64,000 nt of DNA from Adineta vaga. Its lineage: Eukaryota > Animalia > Rotifera. The notes beneath the pieces were generated by a model, which worked only from the letters and a program-made list of their open reading frames with translations, was not told the DNA's origin and searched no databases. The position numbers and the translations under genes are program-made. The number at the start of each line of letters is the position of its first letter. Positions within the stretch are counted from its first letter, which is position 1. Below are positions 41,316-52,604 of the stretch, in pieces. The stretch spans positions 11,842,001 to 11,906,000 of the forward strand of contig CP075494.1 in the NCBI GenBank assembly GCA_021613535.1, in the 5' to 3' direction.

Positions 41316-42737
41316 TTATAAAAGACTTTGCATTAATGTCGATAATTTTGTTATATCAAGATGATTATGAATGGTTAAACGAAGTTCAGATATTAATTTT
41401 TCTATTTTCATAATACTATTGACATATTGTAGATATAATTTTAATGATTTAGGTAATCCATAATGATCTAAAGAATACTTCCAGAATAATTCATTGTAGA
41501 TACTTTGAGCTTTGTAGATATTTAATGTATTGAAATTAGTCGATGAAGATTTTGAAACGAAATCGTTAGAAAAGAGAATAATTAAAAAGAAAATGATCAT
41601 TATTTGACCATCGATCTGATGAATTTCATTGAGATCAATACGAATTTGCTTTATTTGTTGATGAAATTCTTTATTGATTGTTTTGATCCAATCTGTTTCC
41701 AAAAATATTGGATCATTTGTATAAGGTTCGTGATAGTTTACATTTTCTGCATCATAGATAACGATAGAATGTAAGAAAACAATTGCTAAAGTGTTTAGTT
41801 TAACTAAATGAACTTGTTCATCGATAGTTAATTGTTGAAATTCACATATATGTTTGAAATAAGTTATCAAACGCATAGATGAAAGTAAGAGAGGTATGGA
41901 AAACAAATCCATTGTTGATCCAATTGATTGAATTGATGGATATTTTGATATGCCAATTATCTGATTTAATCTTACTGCTTTTCTATAAGCATTTTGAAGA
42001 TGTTTGATCTTGTAAACATCAGTTTTAGTCAAATAGTTTCGTTTGAAAATTGGCGATACCGAAAGAATTCTTTTGTCATGAGGTATGATCTAATGAAAAG
42101 AAACGAGAATAAAAATGATCTTATCAAGTAAATTTATACTTCATTTTTTTCAAATTCTTGATATTCTCTCAAACGACGATTTTCTTCAATTCTTCGTCGT
42201 TTTGATTCTTTTCTAAAATGAATTTTAGTTTCTTTCTAATTATTTCATCAAGAAATAGAGCAACAAATCTTACTCTGTTTCTGTTAGAATCCATTCTTTA
42301 CGCATACCTAAATATAAATGAGATCATTCTATCAATATATTCATTTGATCTTACCTGCAACAAAACATTTAGCTAAGCGACATTTTTTACATCGTTTTTT
42401 CTCATCAAATCTTGTATTACAATGGTTGTCTTGCGGACATTTCAATTTTCCCTATGAAAATCTTCTATACAAACAAACAGTGTCTGGATTAATTCGAATC
42501 ATTACCGGTGCCCTAAGTGCATTACGACGAAAGAATGCTTTACAAGATTCACATGAAACTGCATCGAAATTATAACCTAAAAAAAGAGGTGAATATCAAA
42601 ATCATTTATTTTCTCAAGCATTTACCATATGCAACATTCCCACAAACAACACATGTCAGATCTATTGTACGATTTTTTTTTGTAAGTTTTCTTCGTCGAA
42701 CATTGGGTTGTTCATGCAGACGATTTAATGGTTCCAT
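41316..42737 (-). CDS. Nuclear receptor, NR1J/NR1I-like, copy 4
   Basis: [60 protein letters not shown] and LSTLMQSLL. Confidence 0.9.
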
Positions 42738-45663
42738 CTCATTACTACACACAATGATTTATTAAAATATAATCTAGTAATATAATTAAGAATGTATTCA
42801 ATTGATTCCTGAAAAATATTTCGCTACGTAGAAATCACATCCTACAGATAATCATCTCGTCATTTGATTTAATATACAAATCCTTCGTTATTTTAAATTT
42901 GCTATTTCTACTGGTAAGAACTAAATATCATTTTGATGAGCTAGTCAAGCATATCCATGCAGTAATCAACATCGTTTGTACACCTATAAATATTAAATAT
43001 CAATAAGAAAATAAAAGCATGCTTTCGTTTGACATTCGAGTTTTCTTTATCTAAAATAAACAAAAAAACATTTATGTATCATGTCTTGAATGCATGAGAA
43101 ACACACAATATGGTAGTAGTTCAGACAGTTGAATCAGAATATATATTCAAAAAAAAGTCAATGCATGCCTCTGTAATTGTGTCGAGTTTGTTCTCCTTGG
43201 CGGCGCGAGGCCATATGGAGATAGCATGATCGTTGGAAGAATCGAACAAAATGTTTTTTTGATCTTTTTCTTTCTATATTTAGCCTTGGACAAAATTGGA
43301 GCACTAAGTACGTGAAAAGAACTTAAATAAAAACTATGCTGATTAACCTTGAATTTACTGTCAATATTTTGTTAGTTTTCACAAAAAATGTTTCATCGCC
43401 TAAAAACATACTCTTCAGGTCAAGAAAGTTGATAATAAGTCGAGCAAATAATGTAGAATATTGTAGAAAAAATGCAGTGATTTTTATAGTGGTCTCAAAA
43501 AAAAATGTGATAGGATGTCTAATGAATGGATGGTCTGCTTTACTTGTTCTTTCTAATTTCATTTCAGTCAACAAGAACATATATACTATCATAGAACAAT
43601 CGTTATTAAAAGCAGAAAATAAGTTTTCGGTACTTAATTTGAGAAAACTGAAGTCTATTTCTCATTTATTAACAGCAGAGAATTCATACCGAAATATTTC
43701 TGTTATTAAACTCGTAAAACTAATTGATCATGATCTATACCTTGAGATTTCATCTCTTGAAGAAGAAGAAGAAGAAGAAGACAAGAGAGTCTATTAAAAA
43801 CGTAGATATATATATGCATAATGTAACTCGTTGAAAGTCTTTTTTTCTCAAGATTTATAAATGAGAATACATCAACTAAACAATCAGTATATTTTCTCGT
43901 TAAGTTTGTCTGAAGAAGGATTTATATGCGGTAGTTGAGAAGATATGGTTGATCACTGTCTTAATGAGATGGAAAAGAAAGCAGCTACGTTAAAGAAACA
44001 ACGAAGAATGAAGAGAAGAGTATTATATTTTAGTTGTAGGTACTTTTAGAACTATCTGATATTTATAACTATTATCATCATTGTCAATCATGCGAATCTT
44101 TAGACTTACCTGACTATTTCTTAAAAAAATCAATCTTTTGGAAACAGTGGAGTAAAGAGATTTTTAATGTATATCACAGTATTATTGAACTGAAGCGTAC
44201 AGGTTGTGTTACGCACGATATCGTTCTCATTTTCAATTCGATCATCTTTAACCAGTTAATTTCAGAAACGAGACGTCTGAATAGTGATCTATCAAACGTA
44301 AAATTGAATATCTTAATCATTTCTTAATAGAACCAAACATCTTGTTTTGACACAGCTTCATTCAAGCATGCTAAGCTGTCAGATTGAGAGAGCACGCGGC
44401 TTAGAAAGCAGAACTGCATTTTCCAGTTTATTTCTCATCATATCTTTTCATTGATCAATCACGACCTTTTGTGGGGGAAGCGGAATGGATCATCGTCTTA
44501 TTTAAATTACATATTCTTGTCGATGTTTTTCTTTACTTCATTGATCAGAAAAAGTTTTCGCCATTGAAAAACAATAATCCTATTATTTGTTTGCATAATT
44601 TTGCGCATCAAACGCACATCCCTGCTGAAAGTGTCATATTATTTCATCGGTTATAACGACCTAATTACTTAAAAAACCATATACAAAATTTATGTTTGTT
44701 CACAAGGTTTGAAAGATGACATGTTGGTTTATTGAATTTTAATATTTGCAGAATATATTAAAATATTTCATTTTTATCAGAGTATATAGTATTCGATATA
44801 TTATCAACACACTTTATATTCTTCGACCTACACCCTGAAAACATGCTCTATATATTTTTCATAAAGTTTACCCTCTGATTGTTCTTGATAACTAGAAGAT
44901 TATCCCTTTATCTAAACATAATAAGTTTGTTAAACTTATCGTCGGTATCATAGACGACTTCATGTGTTATACGCAACTAATAATTCGTGTTTTTTCGCAT
45001 CAACTTCGGATTTTTATAAAACTATTGTAAACTCACCTCAAAAATATGCTGCTTTTGAAAAGAGAACAATTCTATTCTATTTAACATTTAAAATATGGGA
45101 CATACAGAAATTTAATGAGCTGCCATCTATCGTAATTGATTTGTGTATAAAAAGTCGATCTTATTTGTTTAAGTTTCTAATTTATATTGATGTCTTTCAA
45201 GATAAATTAATTGTAAATGAATTTGTTTTAATCATGGTTTCAATTTTAAATTTTATTGGTTTGGAAGTTCGTCAATCGTTAATCTCCAATGAAGAAGACT
45301 GACTACCGGCCGTATGGTATGAAAGAAAGAATTCTTTCGAGTTTTTATTCTTTCTTTTACCGTTTTTTTCTTCTTTTTTTTTAATACTGTTTGTTCAACG
45401 TAGGCGTTCGATGGCAACAGTCATGTTCCGCCGCCCAAAATTTTCGTCATTCTATCTGATGAAAAATTGCTGTTTTAAAATGAATACTGAACATTTCAGT
45501 TTTCTTTAATATTTAAGTATCAACTTTTTCTTTTCAGTCTTCAATTAATGAACTCATTCGATTTTCTACAAATCATAATCGATAATTGATTTCACAAAAG
45601 ATGTCATTAATAACTTCACATATATGATTCTTTTTTTAGATTTCTTCCTTCGTTGTCAAGTAG

Positions 45664-46557
45664 ATGGACGACAACAATAACAATATTTTTGATGTTCTAG
45701 AATCGGTTTGTTATTCAGATAGTCTTTCATTATTCACTGATCTTTTTCTTCTTTTTAATTGTTTTAAAGCCATATTCTTCAACAAACTCAAGCAATGATA
45801 CACAAGTGAAATTATCTACGAATATGCATTCGATTCGTCGTTCTCATCTTCCGTTGATGAATGCAGGCAATGGAATGTATACATCTTCACCTTCCTCATC
45901 TTCACCTTCATCACCTGGTGAAGTTCAACGGCAAAGACGAAGAGTAACGAAAAAAAACTGTCCTTTCTAAAATAAATAAATAAAAAAAATTTCCACATTA
46001 GGATCGAGCACTACATGGTCTTGGCTTTGCTAATCCTGGTCCAAAGAATCTAGTCAATGTGGCAAGTGTACCACCGAGACGTCTAAAAACTCGTCAACCA
46101 TCAACACAAGAAAAGCCTTGGTAAATAAATTCCACTGAATCTATTTTTTCTATGAGAAAAACTATGGAGAGATTTTATCAATCAAATGTTTAGTATTGTC
46201 TATTCCATTTCTCCCAAAATGAAAGATGTTTGAATACAATCCACATTTAGTTTTACAACTTACAAGATTCAATGATTCTATTTTAGTACAAGTAAACAAT
46301 TGTATGATAAATCAGGATTACTTCTATCTGACCAAACTGATCGGTGTGATTGTAATCGTTATAAATGTCCCGGATGTTTTGTACCTTGCACGAACTGTCA
46401 ATCACCGAAATGTGGTCTCGAATGTCGTATGTATTTGATGTTCTTTTTTTCTATAAAAAAATGTTGAATTCAATTTGTTTCTTTTTTAGGCAATCTTCGA
46501 ACTTATTCGTATGAATATCGTTTATATGGTACTAATAAAGAAATAACTCAGCAATAG
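45664..46557 (+). CDS. ARL14 effector protein-like (ARF7EP C-terminal Cys-rich domain)
   Basis: Five exons. LYDKSGLLLSDQTDRCDCNRYKCPGCFVPCTNCQSPKCGLECRN matches the ARL14EP YD..G....D.CDC....C.GCF.PC..C.S.KCG.ECR pattern. Confidence 0.85.
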
Positions 46558-46724
46558 ATCAAAATCAATACATCTCCTTTCTCGTCTTCTTTTTCTATAT
46601 GTATATATTCATAAGATTAATCATAATTACTTTATATGACATTATTGTACTTTTTTCTCTTTATGTTCTCGAAATCTTCCATATGTTTTTATAGCTCATG
46701 TTGAGTTTATTTCTAGATTAACTT

Positions 46725-48454
46725 ATGCTCGTGCGGAAAACGCAGAGTAAAAAGAAATCAACAACAGGTGGAGCTGCTGTTCTTCCATTAGACAGTAGTT
46801 TAACATCAATAGAATGGCTACCAAATATGCAAATAGGAGAAGGTTCACCATCAATCTCAAATATAACAGAACCATTAACATCGAATACATCATTACCAAC
46901 AACACCTATCAAACACTCATTACCTATAACTAATAATTTTCAACAAAAACTTGAAGCCATCGAAGTAGAAATACCAACTACAACTGTTAATGATAATATG
47001 CACGTCAAACCACCTTTCAGTTATGTCACATTAATTCGTCAAGCTATACAAAGTACAAGAATGCAACGAATGACATTAAATGAAATCTATCAATGGATTG
47101 TTGATTCTTATCCGTATTTTCGCACAGCACCACCTAAATGGAAGGTTAGATTTTGAAATATGATTCGACTAAAATCGCTTTTTATTTTAATCAAAATATT
47201 TTCTTCTAGAATTCTATTCGTCATAATTTATCATTAAATAAATGTTTCAAACGACTTCAAAGAAGTACCAATGATCCTGGAAAAGTATATCATATTTTTT
47301 AATTTATTATTTACTTAAAATGATTATATTTATATTAGGGTTCATATTGGGCAGTCGATGAATCATCGGATACTAACAATCAATTGAATTCTCGTAAACG
47401 AAAAGTAAGAATATATATATATGTTCTCATCAATGAAAAATTCTTATCACAATCTTATATTCAGCTCGAAGAAATACAACCGTCACCTCATATATTACCA
47501 TTATCACCTGGTGGTTTAATTCAACAACCACATGGTTTCTATACAAATAATAATCCAATGATATGTGGAGATATTTCTAGTGTTGGAGGACAATCATCAT
47601 CAACAGATGAATCAGATTCAACTATGTCTCTTGCTAACAATGTAAGTTCATTTTTATTTCTTATGATCTTCTCTTATCTATTTTCTTTTCCTAGCAATCT
47701 TTACTTCCATGGGATGGTTTAAATATTGACTTAACTGCATCATTCCGTCGATTTCGTGAGCAAGTTTTAGATGCTCCAAATCTATTATCGACAACAAATC
47801 TCGGTATGATCAAACGATATACTCTTCTGTTTTCTTATTATATCTGAACTTGAAATTGTCTTCATAGATCTCTCATCTGCCAATCCACATAATACAACGA
47901 CTTGGAGTCATGATCTATTTCCTAATGGAGAAACGAACAGTTTTTTTGAGAGTATCAAACTTGCATCAAGTGGAGAAATCAATTGGAATGAAATTGATGT
48001 TAAACCCTATTGCGGTAAAACTCATAAATATAGTTTAATTATTGAAGAAAATTTTCCATTCTAGAATTTCTTGATGGTTTTCGAACAAATTCAACATTTC
48101 AACCACAAGATCGTAATAAATTAATTAATCTTGCATCATCACTTTCATCCTTTTTTGATTATACTGGAATTACTAATTTAGCGCAATCAAGAATTGCAAG
48201 TAAATCTATAAAATAATATAATTCGATTGAAAAAATTTTTTGTTAATAATTGTATTATCATCTAGATGAATCATTTTCTGGTAATCGATTACCAACAATA
48301 TCTCAAAGATTAACACCAGAACCAATGCATAATGTAAAAAAGATCTTCTTTCTCTCTTTCATATTTTCTCAATATTTTTTTACTTTAACAGACGAATTCA
48401 CTTCCAGTTGTCATCGAAGAAGAACCAACGTTTGATTGGGATTCGATTACATAA
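46725..48454 (+). CDS. Forkhead box transcription factor, FoxJ2/3-like
   Basis: N-terminal [11 protein letters not shown], forkhead domain [10 protein letters not shown]...[15 protein letters not shown]...DPGKGSYW and C-terminal FDWDSIT, typical of FoxJ2/3. Confidence 0.9.
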
Positions 48455-50343
48455 GATTTATCGATCATTGAATCATGTATAAATACATATATATATATGT
48501 ATATAGAGAGAGAGAGACAAAAGAGAATGCACGACAATTCTTTTCCGTTTATGTTTTCAAAAATTTATTTATCAAAATTCATTTTTCCGTCCAAAGAGAG
48601 AAAGAAAACGAAATGCTATTCGAATGTTCAATGAAACTAATCATTCCATTTCTTTGTACACATATGCTTAATCAATGCAATATAATTTTTTTTCTCCTCA
48701 TATTGTACAAATGAAAAAAGAAAATCAAAATAGCTAACATACCGATATGTTTTATGTTTTTATTTTATTCCCATTTCATTACATACATTGTGTTGGGTTG
48801 TTGTTGTTGTTGTTTTTTCTTTCTCTGTAAACAGTGATCGGCCGGTGTGTGCTTATTGTAATCACTTGTCGTACTAAATCAAAAAAGAAAAATTTGTTTG
48901 TATACACCATCATACATATGTAGATTGTTTTGATCAAAATAAATCAATAAATATTATTCCGTTTGTTTGTGTTTGTAATTAACGAATTATGATATATCTT
49001 TATTGTTCTTCATTCAATGAAATTTTTACTTCGAAATAGAATTACTAAGGTTAAAAGGTGGGTGATAATACTTTCATTTAGAAACTCTTCTAATTTCTTT
49101 TACTCCAACGACATTTCATGACAATAGACTATTTATAAGTATCACCGACGTTTATGTAGTTGTACGCAAAGAAAATGATGATGCTATTGAAATTCAAATA
49201 TTTTGTTCTCATTAACAGATAGTTTAATTTGAAAAAATTTATGAAATTATTCTTGCAGAAAATAAAAACTAATGATTTGATTGAAATATGATAATGAAGT
49301 AGTTTCGTCATTCATTGTGGATGAGTGAATAGACAGTTAGAGTGGTAAAATAAATCTCTTTTTTTTTTCTAATGCTTTCTTCATTAACTCTACCTTATCA
49401 GGCATCAAAATTTGACAGTCTAAACATGTCATATCATAACCTGGTCGTCAGTCATTTGATAAAAACATATTATGGGTCAATTGATTTCATCCAAATATAA
49501 TTTATGTTTTTTGTTGAAAGAACTGTGTAAAAATGACTTATTAGCCTGTATTCGATTGACTCAAAGAATAGTAAACATTGAAAAAAACGAAGATATTTTT
49601 GTTCAGAAACTATATACAATCTATTCTTAGTTCTCATTACGTTTAAAGTATAGAATAATTCATTGAACTGCTGAAGACTCCGCCTTTTTCCGCTTTAACA
49701 TTGTCGTTGACGTCACCTTTCACTCCTTAAATTTGTCGCACACTATGTCATTGTAATCCTTCTCTTGACAACGAAGATTTTTTTCTACATGATCAATCAG
49801 TTTGATCCTTTTCATGATTATTCAATTTCAATTGTTCATAATTATAAAAGAAGAAAACTGTAAAAACTAAGCACATATATAAATCTGTTTAATGTAGCAT
49901 AGATGAAAACATTGAAGATGATTAATGATTATCTCTGTTGAAAAAATATATTCTTCATTTCGATGGATACATATCAACATATTTCCTTCAAGCTATAGAT
50001 TTAATTAAAAAAGAAAAGAAACTAATATTTCAAGATTGTAGTGAATCTGAAGTTTGTACTTGTTTCGACATCATGTGTAAATGAAATCTTTTTCATATCT
50101 ATATTTATCAACTCATTTTTCTTTGGAATAAATTGTTAAGAATTTTTTATGTATATATATACATAATTGAGTATTTGATCATGATAAAAAAAAGAGAAAT
50201 ATCCATTTGAATAGATTCACAAAATGAATTTGTGAAGAATATCATTTTGTTAATGCGACATAGAATTTGTTTTATTTATTGTGAAAAAAATGTTTTATGA
50301 ATTATGGACGAAAAGAAACAATGAGGAGAAAGCGATGGTTGTT

Positions 50344-50954
50344 TTATTGTAATGATGGAATTTCATTGTTAAGTACTTGAGTGTAAGTTCTCCAAAAACA
50401 ACCTTTATCACCTCGTGTAGCAGCGCCTTGTCCATAGATTTTATCAATCTAATAAAATTAGATAAAATCGCGATGAAAAGAAAAGGTTCATTGATTTCTA
50501 ATTTTACCGTTTCGATTGGTTTATGAGTACAACTGTTAGCACAGTCGCACATTGGTCCACAATTATCTGCAGCCTTCTTCTTGCGCTAAAACATAGAGAT
50601 CAAAATGTGGAAAAAACTTTTCCTTAAATCTTTTCTCACCATAGTAACTGGATAATCTTCGACACATTTGTAACAAGCCTCGAGACAAGCTAAATCTTCA
50701 AGATATCTAGATGATGGTTCATTTGACATTGGTACAACTGATGATAAACCTTGTTGTTTCTGTCCGTCTATACTATAAATTGTATTAGTTTCTGTATCGA
50801 TTAATTTACCCATAATATTTCGTATAGTACGTTGTTGATCATTACTTCGAGAAAGTCGATTTAAATGATGTCTGTTCATTTTGACATCATTCGTAGTAAA
50901 AGCCCAGTTCACGCCAGCAAACACAATAATTGAGAGAAAGAAGAAGCTGACCAT
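50344..50954 (-). CDS. Secreted Cys-rich peptide precursor (eclosion-hormone-like cysteine pattern)
   Basis: Exons 50954-50640, 50585-50508 and 50448-50344 splice in frame: signal peptide, pro-region, then CLEACYKC...CGPMCDCANSC...C (8 Cys). Gene model is well supported; family assignment is tentative. Confidence 0.7.
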
Positions 50955-51373
50955 GTTGTTAAATTAGTTCTAATCTAAAGATATGATGTCAGAGAAATTT
51001 TTTCTAGTACAGATATCAATATGAAACTAGTGACGTTAAATATAATTGTTAAATAATGCGAATATATAAACTAAATCATCTGTCAAGAACTAATTTGTTT
51101 TAGTGAGATTATTTCAAAAGGAATAAAGAAGTGATTGCTGATTGTGAAGAGTAAAAAGATAACAGACAGTTAGTAGTTGTTTCGATTATTACAAAAAACA
51201 TTTTTCTAATGTCATTTATGATGAACTCACCAGTAATTTTTGATGGATGGTTGGATGGATGGATGGATGAGTAGATGTGATGAGAATGAAGTTAAAGTGA
51301 GCTTTAAAAGAGAAGAAATATATCGCATTAATTTTCTCTTTTTCTCTCTTATTGATGAGAGGATCTATTAGAG

Positions 51374-51406
<33 letters not shown>

Positions 51407-52604
51407 CAAAAGAGATTGACAGCTTCTGACTCATAAGAACATAGAAGTTGCAGAAGAAGCAGAGAACTAATATAGAAAAATAACAAAGATCCCAATCGAG
51501 ATAATATATATAATTATATCTCAAAGTCATTTTTATATTTACGCATCATCTCGATGAAATAACTTTAAAAGGAACAGTAAATCTTTTATTCACACCTACA
51601 CTAATTTTTTGCAAAATTCTATTGAAACTAATAAGCGAATAATTTTTTACGAAAGACGTCAGCATTAATAATAATAATATTACTAATATTAAAAGCTAAA
51701 ATCTATTATCATTCAATATTTCTCTAATTTCATTCTTTACAATAATTGAACAGAGGTTATTTTTTATTCATGCTCTTCTTTTTTTTATATAATAAAGAAA
51801 AGCACGCAATAAGCATCACGTTAATATAGATATCAATTAACAATTCTATTATGAAGCATAACGTCTTTCTGTTCTATATACTACATTTTTTGCTCTAATT
51901 GTAAGTATGATACATAATTGCCTCTATATGACTGATTCATATCAATGAGTAAATTTGACGTTTTGCGCATAATCATCATCATCATCATTATCATCTATGA
52001 CTAATAACAATAATTGATTTGAACTTGAAAAATACTTCATCTTGAGGACGTATAGTTATACTTCTCTTTTTCTTTTTGTTCAAGTTCATTCTAATAGCAG
52101 TCTTTTTAAGAAAAGAAAATTTAAATTAATATTTTAAAACGAAATATATTTAAATAAAAGAAAAGAAACGTAAACGATTACAATGCAGCAGTATTTCAGT
52201 AAAAAATAATTGTTGTGCGCTTAGAAATGAAATTAATCGAATCTTTTTTGCTATGTATGACAAAAAAGATTTTTCAATAAAGTATGAAACTAAACAAACA
52301 ATAAAGTAAATGCCAAGAGTGCACAAGACAGGGAAGAGCTAATCTTCTAGGCAACATAACAATATGATAAAAAGACAAAACAAAAAAAAACTCTTAAATC
52401 AAGAAGTTTTTTCTTAATTTAGAACATATAAAATAAAAGTGAAAAAAAAAATCACTTTCAAAAATTTATCCTAAATATAGGTATATATCTGTCAACGAAA
52501 CAATATTTGAAACAAAGTTATCTGTCATAATACAAAGAAACAATTAGAAAAATATCAGAATTTTTTCTCTTGGCACACTTCGCAAACGACAAAGACTTTT
52601 TTTC

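Noticed and set aside
43336-45302. ORFs 43336-43797, 44471-44656 and 44964-45302
   Set aside because: No recognisable motifs and composition typical of AT-rich non-coding DNA; a decayed gene or transposon cannot be excluded without a search.
51381-51406. (GA)n, (GAAA)n and (TA)n microsatellites here and elsewhere
   Set aside because: Ordinary simple repeats with no further structure.
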